DNA of 64,000 bases from Brevundimonas sp. (GTDB taxonomy: Bacteria > Pseudomonadota > Alphaproteobacteria > Caulobacterales > Caulobacteraceae). Under the pieces are notes generated by a model. That model saw only the letters and a program-made list of their open reading frames with translations, was not told where the DNA came from and did not search any database. Both the position numbers and the translations under genes were made by a program. This document shows positions 39,597 to 48,592 of the stretch, in pieces (the first letter of the stretch is position 1; the number at the start of each line of letters is the position of its first letter). Location: assembly GCF_035935935.1 (NCBI RefSeq), contig NZ_DASYWO010000004.1:209787-273786 (forward strand), read 5' to 3'.

Positions 39597-41092
39597 GGCA
39601 CGGCGACGATGGCCGCCTTCACCGCCGCGCGCCAGCCCTTCAGCAGCCGCTCGCGTTCGCCGGCGTCCATGCGGGGCGTCCAGCGTGCCGGCGCCTCCAC
39701 CGGGTGGTCTTCCAGATCTCCGATCAGGCCCACCCCCAGCGCCGCCAGCTTGGCCGCGCCCAGCGCGGTCATTTCCTGGAACGCCGGCCGCTCGACCGTC
39801 ACGCCGCACACATCGGCGACGAACTGCATGGCCCAGGCGTTGGCCGTCACCCCGCCGTCCACCTTCAGCACCTCCAGCGGCGGCGCCCCGTCGGCCTCCA
39901 GCGCGTCCAGCAGGTCGCGGGTCTGGTAGGCCAGGCTCTCCAGCGCGGCCCGCACGAAATGGGCCGGGCCGCTGTCGCGCGTCAGGCCGACCACCGCGCC
40001 GCGTACGTCCGGCGCCCACCACGGCGCGCCTAGGCCCGTGAACCCGGGCACCAGATAGACTCCGCCGTTGTCCTTCAGACCCTGCGCCATGGCTTCGGAC
40101 CGCCGGCTTTCCTCCAGCACCCCCAGTCCGTCGCGCAGCCACTGGATCGCCGACCCGGCGGAAAAGATCGATCCCTCCAGCGCATAGGCCACCTCGCCCG
40201 CGTCGTAGCCCAGCGTCCCCAGCAGCCGGCTGGTCGAAGCCACCGGCGCGGCGCCCACATTGGCCACCAGGAAGGCCCCGGTTCCGTAAGTGATCTTGGC
40301 CTCGCCCGCCTTCAGCGCCCCGTGACCGACCAGGGCCGCCTGCTGGTCTCCCGCCGCGCCATGGATCGGCAGGGCGGCGCCCAGCGCCGACGCCTCGCAC
40401 GTGCCCAGCAGATCGGCGCAGCCGCGGATTTCGGGCAGGGCGGCGATGGGCACGCCGAACAGCGCCGCCAGATCCGGTCGCCACCGGCGCGTCGTCAGAT
40501 CCATCAGCGAGGTGCGGCCGGCGTTGGTGGCGTCGGTGACGTGACTGGCCCCGCCCGTCAGCTTCCAGATCAGCCAGCACTCGATCGTGCCCAGCTTGAC
40601 CTCGCCCCCCTCTGCCCGCGCGCGCGCGCCGGGCACGGCGTCCAGCAGCCAGGCGTATTTCGAGGCGCTGAAATAGGGGTCCAGAATCAGTCCCGTCGCC
40701 GCCTGGACCTCGGGCTCGTGGCCCGCGGCGGCCAGCGCGCCGGTCGCCTCGGCGGTGCGGCGATCCTGCCAGACGATCGCCCGGTGCAGGGGCTCGCCCG
40801 TCGCGGCGTCCCACATGACCGAGGTCTCGCGCTGATTGGTGATCCCGACCGCGGCGAAGCGGCCGACGCCGCCGGCCTTGCGGATCACCTCACGGCACGT
40901 CTGCAGCGTGGCGTTCCAGATCTCGCCCGCGTCGTGTTCGACCCAGCCGGGATGCGGGAAGTGCTGCGCCAGCTCGATCTGACTGACGGCGACGGGCCGC
41001 AGTCCGCCCTCGGGCGCGGTCTCGAAGGCGATCGCGCGGGTCGAGGTCGTGCCCTGGTCGATGGCGAGGATCAGTTTCGACATGGCCCGCAC
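39593..41092 (-). CDS. glpK: glycerol kinase
   Basis: MSKLILAIDQGTTSTRAIAF N-terminus. 499 aa, FGGY family. Confidence 0.95.
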   Translation of the reverse strand: MRAMSKLILAIDQGTTSTRAIAFETAPEGGLRPVAVSQIELAQHFPHPGWVEHDAGEIWNATLQTCREVIRKAGGVGRFAAVGITNQRETSVMWDAATGEPLHRAIVWQDRRTAEATGALAAAGHEPEVQAATGLILDPYFSASKYAWLLDAVPGARARAEGGEVKLGTIECWLIWKLTGGASHVTDATNAGRTSLMDLTTRRWRPDLAALFGVPIAALPEIRGCADLLGTCEASALGAALPIHGAAGDQQAALVGHGALKAGEAKITYGTGAFLVANVGAAPVASTSRLLGTLGYDAGEVAYALEGSIFSAGSAIQWLRDGLGVLEESRRSEAMAQGLKDNGGVYLVPGFTGLGAPWWAPDVRGAVVGLTRDSGPAHFVRAALESLAYQTRDLLDALEADGAPPLEVLKVDGGVTANAWAMQFVADVCGVTVERPAFQEMTALGAAKLAALGVGLIGDLEDHPVEAPARWTPRMDAGERERLLKGWRAAVKAAIVAVP

Positions 41093-41128
41093 CTTACGCG
41101 CAGCGCCGCGGTCGGGTTAAGTGGCGCC

Positions 41129-42115
41129 ATGCATGTCGCCTCCTTCGACGGCGTCCGCGACGCCGCCCGCCAGCTGTCCGGCGTCGCGGTCCGGACGCCG
41201 CTCGTCGAATCGCCCGCCCTCAACGCGCGCCTCGGCGGCCGCGTGCTCATGAAATGCGAGAACCTGCAGCACGCGGGCGCCTTCAAGTTCCGCGGCGCGT
41301 GGAACCGCATCAGTCGGCTGACGCCCGAGGAGCTGACGCGCGGCGTCGTCGCCTATTCCTCCGGCAACCACGCCCAGGCGGTCGCCGCCGCGGCGCAGAT
41401 GATGGGCACGAGCGCCGTCATCGTCATGCCGGCCGACAGCCCGCGCGTGAAGGTCGAAGGCGTTCTGTCCTTCGGCGGTGAGGTGCGCACCTACGATCGT
41501 TACGCGGAAAGCCGCGAGGCCATCGGCGAGGAGATCGCGGCCACGCGCGGCAGCGTGCTGGTCCGCCCCTTCGACGATCCCTTCGTCATCGAGGGGCAGG
41601 GGACCACCGGGCTGGAGATCGTCGAACAGGCGCAGGCGATGGGCGCCGAAATCGACCAGCTGCTGTGCGGCGCTTCCGGCGGCGGTCTGATCGCCGGGAT
41701 CAACCTGTCTATGGCCGCGCTTCGTCCCGACGTTCCCGTCATCGGCGTGGAGCCGCAGGCCTACGACGACACGCGTCGCTCGCTGGCCGCCGGTCAGCGT
41801 ATGACCCACCCGCCGGTGCAGAAGCCCTCCATCTGCGACGCCCTGATGACCGACCGCCCGGGCGAGCTGACCTTCCCCATCAATCGCCGTCTGCGCGAGG
41901 TCGTCACCGTGTCCGACGCCGAGGTGGCCGAGGCGGTGCGCCTCGCCTTCCGCACGCTGAAGCTCGTCGTCGAGCCGGGCGGCGCGGTGTCTCTGGCCGC
42001 CCTGCTCACCGGCAAGGTCGACGCCCGCGACCGCACCACCGCGATCGTTCTGTCCGGCGGCAACGTCGACCCCGGCCTGTTCTCCGACATCATCCAGGAG
42101 CGCTTCGTCCCATGA
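41129..42115 (+). CDS. threonine/serine dehydratase family PLP enzyme (threo-3-hydroxyaspartate ammonia-lyase-like)
   Basis: KCENLQHAGAFKFRGA PLP-lysine motif and SSGNHAQ. 328 aa. Confidence 0.85.
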   Translation: MHVASFDGVRDAARQLSGVAVRTPLVESPALNARLGGRVLMKCENLQHAGAFKFRGAWNRISRLTPEELTRGVVAYSSGNHAQAVAAAAQMMGTSAVIVMPADSPRVKVEGVLSFGGEVRTYDRYAESREAIGEEIAATRGSVLVRPFDDPFVIEGQGTTGLEIVEQAQAMGAEIDQLLCGASGGGLIAGINLSMAALRPDVPVIGVEPQAYDDTRRSLAAGQRMTHPPVQKPSICDALMTDRPGELTFPINRRLREVVTVSDAEVAEAVRLAFRTLKLVVEPGGAVSLAALLTGKVDARDRTTAIVLSGGNVDPGLFSDIIQERFVP

Positions 42116-42564
42116 CCGAGCCCAGCCAGCTTCAATCTCTGATCGGCCAGGAAGTCGGAGTCTCGAGATGGTTCGAGATCGATCAGGCGCGCATCGACGC
42201 CTTCGCCAGGATCACGGAGGACGAGCAGTTCATCCACGTGGATCCCGAGGCGGCGAAGGCCACGCCCTTCGGCGGCACGATCGCTCACGGCTTCCTGACG
42301 CTCAGCCTGGCCTCGGCCATGAGCTACGACGCGGTGCAACCGCTTCAGGGCGTCGTGATGGGCGTCAACTACGGCTTCGACAAGCTGCGCTTCCTGGCCC
42401 CCGTGCCCGCCGGATCGAAGGTGCGGGGACGCTTCAGGCTCCTGTCCGCCGAGGACAAGGGCGGCGGCCGCTGGCTGCTGAAACACGAGCTCACGGTCGA
42501 GATCGACGGCGCCGACAAGCCGGCCCTGATCGCCGAATGGCTGGGCATGCAGGTCGTCGCCTGA
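42112..42564 (+). CDS. MaoC family dehydratase
   Basis: DEQFIHVDPEAAKATPFGGTIAHGFL hot-dog hydratase motif. The ATG overlaps the upstream TGA. Confidence 0.85.
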   Translation: MTEPSQLQSLIGQEVGVSRWFEIDQARIDAFARITEDEQFIHVDPEAAKATPFGGTIAHGFLTLSLASAMSYDAVQPLQGVVMGVNYGFDKLRFLAPVPAGSKVRGRFRLLSAEDKGGGRWLLKHELTVEIDGADKPALIAEWLGMQVVA

Positions 42565-42627
42565 GGGTGGACGGACCCTTCGCCATGTGATCGATAGCGT
42601 ACGCTGTTTCTGGTTCCGGTAACGCCT

Positions 42628-44277
42628 TTGCACTCCCATCACGGCGTCTTCGTCCTCCTGTCCTACGTCGTCGCGGCCTTTGCGGCGTGGACGGCGCTGG
42701 ATCTGTTCGGACGGGTCAGGGACCGCGACGGCGGCGACCGCCTGCGCTGGCTGGCGGTGGCGGCGCTGGTCATGGGCGGCGGCGTCTGGGCCATGCATTT
42801 CATCGCCATGCTGGGCTTCGATCCCGGCGCGCCCGTCAGCTACGAGCCCGGACTGACCGCGCTCAGCTTCCTGCTGGCGGTGGTCGGAACCGGCGGCGCC
42901 TTCTTCGCGGCGTCGCGCACGCGTCTGGGACGGGTCCGGCTGCCGGTCGCCGCCACGGCCATGGGGCTGGCGATCGCCGCCATGCACTACGTCGGCATGT
43001 CGGCCCTGCGCACGGCCGCCACGGTCGGGTGGCGCCCGGAACTGGTCGCCCTGTCCGTGGCCATCGCCGTGGCCGCCTCCTTCGCCGCCCTTTGGGCTGC
43101 AGGGCGCGAGACGACGGCCGTCTGGCGTCTGGGCGCGGCGCTCACGCTCGGCGTCGCGGTCGTCGGCATGCACTACACGGGCATGGCCGCGCTGATGCTG
43201 CAGCCGACCGCCGCGGCCGCCGCGGGCGGAGCGTCTCCGCTGGCGCTGGCCGTCGGCGTCGCCGCCGTCACGGCCGCCATCCTGTTCATGGCCCTGGGCG
43301 CGTCCATCGCGGATCAGAAGTCGCGCCTGCTGGACGTGATCGAGGCCGGCGGCGTCGGCTATTGGGAAATCGCCCTTCGCGATCGCTCCATCCGCCTGTC
43401 CGAGGGCGCGCGGCAGATGATGGGCCTCGCGCCCGGGCAGACGACCTACGCCTACCACGACCCGCCGTGGCTCCGCCCGGAGAACGCCGCGCAGCGCGCC
43501 GCCGCGCTGGAGCGCGCCCTGGCCGGCGAGGCGCCCTACGACGTCGAGTTCCGCATGGGCGACGGCGACCGCTGGGTGCAGGCCTATGGCACGCTGGTGC
43601 GGTCGCGCTCCGGCAGGCCGATCAAGCTGGCGGGCGTGGTGCGCGACGTCACCGACCGCAAGCGCGCCTTCGACGATCTGGAAACCAGCGAGCGGCGCCA
43701 GAAGCTGCTGATCAACGAGTTGAACCACCGGGTGAAGAACACCCTCGCCACGGTCCAGTCGATCGCCGCCCTGACCGCGCGGCGCGCCACCTCCGTCGAG
43801 GCCTTCGGCGCCCAGTTCCAGGCGCGGCTGATGGCCCTGTCGGAGACGCACAACCTGCTGACCGCCACCGGCTGGGAGCAGGCGGGCCTGCGCGATCTGC
43901 TGGAGAAGGAACTGCGCCCCTATTCCCCCGACCAGTTCCGCCTGCAGGGACCGGAAGTGATCCTCGGCCCGTCGCAGGCGCTGGCCATGGGCATGATCGT
44001 CCACGAACTGGCCACCAACGCCGCCAAGCACGGCGCCCTCAGCGTCGACGGCGGGTCGGTGGTGGTGGCGTGGACCGGGGCGGGGCCGGACGGCCGCCAC
44101 GCGCTGGACTGGCTGGAGCGCGACGGTCCCGCGGTGTCCGCCCCGACCCGCAGCGGCTTCGGTTCGCGCCTGATCTCGACCAGCGTGAAGGGGGACCTCG
44201 ACGGCGCCGCCGACATGGACTGGACCCCGGGCGGGCTCAGGGCCCGGCTGACGTTCCGCGCGCGCGGCCGGGCCTGA
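42628..44277 (+). CDS. sensor histidine kinase: MHYT domain - PAS - HWE/HisKA_2 kinase
   Basis: Three MHYT-type repeats (WAMHFIAMLGF, AAMHYVGMSAL, VGMHYTGMAAL), a PAS-like middle region, and the H-box NELNHRVKNTLATVQSIA. TTG start is uncertain. Confidence 0.8.
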   Translation: MHSHHGVFVLLSYVVAAFAAWTALDLFGRVRDRDGGDRLRWLAVAALVMGGGVWAMHFIAMLGFDPGAPVSYEPGLTALSFLLAVVGTGGAFFAASRTRLGRVRLPVAATAMGLAIAAMHYVGMSALRTAATVGWRPELVALSVAIAVAASFAALWAAGRETTAVWRLGAALTLGVAVVGMHYTGMAALMLQPTAAAAAGGASPLALAVGVAAVTAAILFMALGASIADQKSRLLDVIEAGGVGYWEIALRDRSIRLSEGARQMMGLAPGQTTYAYHDPPWLRPENAAQRAAALERALAGEAPYDVEFRMGDGDRWVQAYGTLVRSRSGRPIKLAGVVRDVTDRKRAFDDLETSERRQKLLINELNHRVKNTLATVQSIAALTARRATSVEAFGAQFQARLMALSETHNLLTATGWEQAGLRDLLEKELRPYSPDQFRLQGPEVILGPSQALAMGMIVHELATNAAKHGALSVDGGSVVVAWTGAGPDGRHALDWLERDGPAVSAPTRSGFGSRLISTSVKGDLDGAADMDWTPGGLRARLTFRARGRA

Positions 44278-44354
44278 CGCCGGTCGGCTTCAGCCGAAGG
44301 CCGCCAGTCAGTCGTCCGCCAGTAGCGGTTGCACGGGTACGCCATCCCGCGCGA

Positions 44355-44846
44355 TCACCGGATCATCCGCTTGCTTGTCTGCGACCCGTGAGGGTTCGTC
44401 GAACCCCTACGGCCCTGCGTCAGGATCGCTGGAATAATCTCTGGGCCGAGCGGACGGATGGCTAGCGCGAGAATGCCGCTGGCCAGCGCAGCAACAGCCC
44501 CGATCCCTCCCATCAGGAGACCGGTGGACGGCGAAAGAAAGACATACACCACGCCGGAGACCAGTCCGACCGCCGTCACTGCCAACAGCCAGAGACGGTC
44601 GTTGAATATTCGGGGCGAGAGGGCCATTGCCGCGACCCCTGTGAAGAACGCCGGCAGCAGTCCGAAGATATATGCCGCCACGGCGAGCAGCGGCAGTGTC
44701 GTGATCGCGCCCCAATGGAACTGACCGCCGTCGAGGATGTCGAGCGCAATGAACCAAAGGCCCAAGGCAGTGCCGCCGATTGCGGGGCCAAATGCCACGA
44801 ACATCAGGAGCGTTCTACCGCTTGAGCGTTTGCTGGCGCGCTGCAT
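44355..44846 (-). CDS. hypothetical polytopic membrane protein (lower GC)
   Basis: 163-aa ORF with 4-5 hydrophobic helices and no known motif. AT-richer than its neighbours. Confidence 0.5.
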   Translation of the reverse strand: MQRASKRSSGRTLLMFVAFGPAIGGTALGLWFIALDILDGGQFHWGAITTLPLLAVAAYIFGLLPAFFTGVAAMALSPRIFNDRLWLLAVTAVGLVSGVVYVFLSPSTGLLMGGIGAVAALASGILALAIRPLGPEIIPAILTQGRRGSTNPHGSQTSKRMIR

Positions 44847-44896
44847 CCCAAAAGCCTAGGCTTTGACCTCGCTGGAAGCCAAGCACTCGAACGCGG

Positions 44897-45829
44897 CTAC
44901 TCCCCCAGACACCTCAGCGCCACTTCCAGATTTCTCAGCCCGTCCTCGCCGGTGACCGCCGGCGTCTCACCGGTGCGGATGGCGTGGGCGAAGGCCTCCA
45001 GCTCCTTCTTCAGCGGCTCGTTCGGCCAGCTCATCACGCCGCGCGTGGAATAGCTGCCGTCCGGCTGCTGGCCGAAATACTCCGTCACCTGTCGCGTCAT
45101 CAGGTCGGCGACCACGAACTTGTTCGGCGTGGCGACCTGCAGGGTACGGGTCTTGTAGGGCGTGACCCAGTTCGTCGTGATGTGGGCGATCGTCCCGTCG
45201 GCCAGACGGAACTGCAGCAGGGCGGTGTCCTCGCGGTCCGCCTTGGTGCGGGCCAGCTGCGGCTGGACCTCGACGATCTCGCTGTCCGTCAGATGACGGA
45301 TGATGTCGATGTCGTGCACCGCCAGGTCGATCACCACGCCCACCTCGCCCATGCGCGGCGGGAAGGGGCCGACGCGGGTGATCTGGATGGAGATGATCTG
45401 CTCGTCGGCGACGGCGCGTTTGACCGCCTCGACGGCCGGATTGAAGCGCTCCACCTGCCCGACCATCAGCACCCGGTCGTTCGCCCGGGCCGCGTCGATC
45501 AGGCGCTGCGCGTCGGCGACGGTGGCGGCGATCGGTTTTTCCACCAGCACGTGGACGCCGCCCTCCAGCAGGGCCACGCCGACGTCGCCGTGGGTCCGGT
45601 TGGGCGTCGCGATCACGGCCGCGTCCAGGCCCGCGCCGGCGAAGGCCTCGACCGTGTCGACGCCGACCGCCTCATAGACCCCGGCCACGCCTTCGGCCGT
45701 CACGGCGTCGGCGTCGAACACGTGCGTCAGGCGGAAATCGCGGATGTCGGACAGGACACGCGCATGGTTGCGGCCCATGACGCCGGCGCCGGCGACGCCG
45801 ACCTTGAGGGGGGCGGGATGTGCGCTCAT
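44897..45829 (-). CDS. Gfo/Idh/MocA family oxidoreductase (UDP-GlcNAc 3-dehydrogenase, GnnA-like by context)
   Basis: N-terminal Rossmann motif KVGVAGAGVMGRNHA. 310 aa. Directly downstream of the DegT aminotransferase. Confidence 0.85.
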   Translation of the reverse strand: MSAHPAPLKVGVAGAGVMGRNHARVLSDIRDFRLTHVFDADAVTAEGVAGVYEAVGVDTVEAFAGAGLDAAVIATPNRTHGDVGVALLEGGVHVLVEKPIAATVADAQRLIDAARANDRVLMVGQVERFNPAVEAVKRAVADEQIISIQITRVGPFPPRMGEVGVVIDLAVHDIDIIRHLTDSEIVEVQPQLARTKADREDTALLQFRLADGTIAHITTNWVTPYKTRTLQVATPNKFVVADLMTRQVTEYFGQQPDGSYSTRGVMSWPNEPLKKELEAFAHAIRTGETPAVTGEDGLRNLEVALRCLGE

Positions 45830-45838
45830 GCGACCGTT

Positions 45839-47011
45839 CTAGGCGCGCCCGGCGAACGAGGCCACCGCCGCGATCACGCGATCCTGCGTCGCCTCGTCCA
45901 GATCGGCGTGCATGGGCAGGCTGATCACCACGTCCTTCAGACGCTCGGTCACCGTCAGACCGCCCGCGCCGCGCGGGAAGTGGGCATAGGCCGGCTGCAG
46001 GTGCATCGGCACGGGATAGTAGACGGCGGTCGGCACGCCCTGATCCTTCAGGTGCGCCGCCAGCCCGTCGCGATCGGCGTGTTCGATCGTGTACTGGGCC
46101 CAGTTGGACACGTTCCCGGCAGGCACGTCCGGCACTGCGGCGACGTGGGGCCGCAGGCCGTCGTTGTATCGGGCGGCGATGCGGTTCCGCCATTCGATCT
46201 CGTCGGCGAAGACTTTCAGCTTCTCGATCAGCACCGCGGCCTGAATGGTGTCCAGCCGGCTGTTCATGCCGATGCGCATGGCCAGATATTTCGGATCGTG
46301 GGCGAACTCTGCGGCGCCGGCGGCCAGGTCCTTGGCCACGACCTTTCCGTGCACGCGATAGGAATCCATCTCCTGCGCCAGATCGTCGTCGTTCGTCAGC
46401 ACGGCGCCGCCGTCGCCGTAACAGCCCAGCGGCTTGGCCGGGAAGAAGCTGGTGGTGGTCACGTCCGCCCACTTCAGCGGATGCGCGCCGCCGATCGTGC
46501 AGCCGAATCCCTGCGCCGAATCGGAGATGAGCTTCAGCCCGTGGCGGTCGCAGACGGCACGGATGGCCGGATAGTCCGCCGGCTGGCCGAACAGGTCCAC
46601 GGCGATGACCACGCGCGGCGTCAGCCGGCCCTCGGCCTTGACCGCCTCGATCGCCGCTTCCAGCTTCACCGGGTCGAGATTGTAGGTGCGCGCGTCGACG
46701 TCCACGAACACCGGCGTGGCCTGGACCCACGGCACGATCTCCGCCGTCGCCGTGAAGGTGAAGCTGGGACAGAAGACCGCGTCGCCGGCGCCCACGCCCC
46801 ACGCCATCAGCGGCAGCACCAGGGCGTCGGTGCCGTTGGCGCAGCCCAGGGCGTGCTTCGCCTGTCCGAAGGCGGCCAGATCCGCCTCGAACTGCCGCAC
46901 CTGCGGACCCATGACCCAGGCTCCCCCGGTCACCGCTTCGGCGACCGCCGCCTCGATCTTGCCGTTCAGACGCTTGCGCTGGGCCTGAAGGTCGATGAAC
47001 GCCATGCTCAT
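45839..47011 (-). CDS. DegT/DnrJ/EryC1/StrS family aminotransferase (GnnB/WbpE-like)
   Basis: SFFPAKPLGCYGDGG PLP-Lys motif. 390 aa. Confidence 0.9.
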   Translation of the reverse strand: MSMAFIDLQAQRKRLNGKIEAAVAEAVTGGAWVMGPQVRQFEADLAAFGQAKHALGCANGTDALVLPLMAWGVGAGDAVFCPSFTFTATAEIVPWVQATPVFVDVDARTYNLDPVKLEAAIEAVKAEGRLTPRVVIAVDLFGQPADYPAIRAVCDRHGLKLISDSAQGFGCTIGGAHPLKWADVTTTSFFPAKPLGCYGDGGAVLTNDDDLAQEMDSYRVHGKVVAKDLAAGAAEFAHDPKYLAMRIGMNSRLDTIQAAVLIEKLKVFADEIEWRNRIAARYNDGLRPHVAAVPDVPAGNVSNWAQYTIEHADRDGLAAHLKDQGVPTAVYYPVPMHLQPAYAHFPRGAGGLTVTERLKDVVISLPMHADLDEATQDRVIAAVASFAGRA

Positions 47012-47150
47012 GGACGCCTCCTGAGAAAATCGCGCGGCCTTACCGCGAACCGTCCGGACACGCCAAATCGCGGCGGGTCACTTCGCGTTGCGGGTTGCAA
47101 CGGCGCACGCTAGGAGCGGACAGGGGCGCGCCCCAGGTTTCAAAGGGATA

Positions 47151-47684
47151 GTGTTGGATCAGTCGTCCAGCGTCGCGCCGGTGGTGCCCGCGGCATTTCT
47201 GGATCGGGACGGCGTCCTGATCGAGGACGTGGGCTATCCGCACCGCGAGGATCAGCTTCAGCTCATGCCCGGCGCGGCCGAGGCCGTTCGCCGCCTGAAC
47301 CGGCTGGGCTATCTCTGCGTGATCGTGACCAACCAGTCTGGCGTCGCGCGGGGCATGTTCTCGCTGGACCAGATGCACGCCTTCAACGCGCTGCTGGTGC
47401 GCCGTCTCGCGGCGAAGGGCGCGATCATCGGGGCCGTCTACGCCTGTCCGTATCACGCCGACGCCACCGTCGATCAGTGGCGCCACCCCGACCACCCCGA
47501 GCGCAAGCCCAACCCCGGCATGATCCTTCGCGCCATGGCCGAGCATCGCATCGATCAATCCCGCAGCTTCCTGATCGGCGACCAGCCGTCGGACGTCGAG
47601 GCCGCGCGACGCGGCGGCATCCCGGGCTTCCGTTTCGACGGCGGAAACCTGGACGACTACGTCCACGAATTGTTCGGCGGCTAG
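47151..47684 (+). CDS. HAD-IIIA phosphatase (D,D-heptose 1,7-bisphosphate phosphatase GmhB-like)
   Basis: FLDRDGVL, TNQSGVARG, CPYH and RKPNPGM motifs. Start (GTG 47151 or TTG 47154) is uncertain. Confidence 0.75.
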   Translation: MLDQSSSVAPVVPAAFLDRDGVLIEDVGYPHREDQLQLMPGAAEAVRRLNRLGYLCVIVTNQSGVARGMFSLDQMHAFNALLVRRLAAKGAIIGAVYACPYHADATVDQWRHPDHPERKPNPGMILRAMAEHRIDQSRSFLIGDQPSDVEAARRGGIPGFRFDGGNLDDYVHELFGG

Positions 47685-47716
47685 ATTTCAGCGGACGATG
47701 AAATAGGGTGGTGGCC

Positions 47717-48592
47717 ATGACCCAGCCCTACGTCGATCGCCGCTTCAACAGCCCGGACGGCCTCAGCCTCCACGCCCGCGATTACGCCCCCGGCGCCGGC
47801 GCCGCGAAGCTGCCGGTGATCGCCATTCACGGCCTGACGCGCAACTCGGCCGACTTCGGCGGGATCGCGCCGGATCTGGCGCGGGCGGGACGGCGCGTGC
47901 TGGCCGTCGACGTGCGCGGTCGCGGCCTGTCCGACCGGGCGCCCGATCCCATGACCTACCAGCCCGCGGTCTATGCCAGGGACGTGCTGGCCCTGATGGA
48001 ACAGACGGGGATCGAGCGCGCCGTCTTCCTCGGCACATCCATGGGCGGACTGATCACCATGGCCCTGGCGGCGATCCGGTCGAAGGCGATCGCCGCCGCC
48101 ATCATCAACGACGTCGGCCCGGAGGTGGCCAGGGAAGGCCTTGCGCGCATCGCCGCCTATGCCGGGCAGCCGGTCGACACCCCCACCTGGGCCGCGGCGG
48201 CCGAGTATGCCCGGCGGCACAACGCCGTCGCCCTGCCGCACTATTCCGACGCCGACTGGGACGCCTTCGCCCGCCGCGTCTTCCGCGAGGGACCGGACGG
48301 CGCCCCGATCCTCGACTACGACCCGGACATCTCCGTCCCGATACGCGCCATGGGCGCCAAGGGTCTCGTTCCCGATCTCTGGCCGATGTTCGGCCGTCTG
48401 GCGAAAGGTCGCCCGACGCTGCTGATCCGCGGCGCCACCTCCGACCTGCTCAGCGCAGAGATCGCCGCGAAGATGCGCAAACGCGCGCCCACCATGCAGT
48501 TCGCTGAAGTGCCCGGCGTCGGCCATGCGCCGATGCTGGATGAGCCGGAGGCGAAGGCGGCGATCTTCGAATTTCTGGCTGACGTGCCCTAG
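47717..48592 (+). CDS. alpha/beta hydrolase
   Basis: IHGLTRNS...GTSMGG nucleophile elbow and a C-terminal GHAPMLDEPE. AGGGTGG RBS before ATG 47717. Confidence 0.8.
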   Translation: MTQPYVDRRFNSPDGLSLHARDYAPGAGAAKLPVIAIHGLTRNSADFGGIAPDLARAGRRVLAVDVRGRGLSDRAPDPMTYQPAVYARDVLALMEQTGIERAVFLGTSMGGLITMALAAIRSKAIAAAIINDVGPEVAREGLARIAAYAGQPVDTPTWAAAAEYARRHNAVALPHYSDADWDAFARRVFREGPDGAPILDYDPDISVPIRAMGAKGLVPDLWPMFGRLAKGRPTLLIRGATSDLLSAEIAAKMRKRAPTMQFAEVPGVGHAPMLDEPEAKAAIFEFLADVP

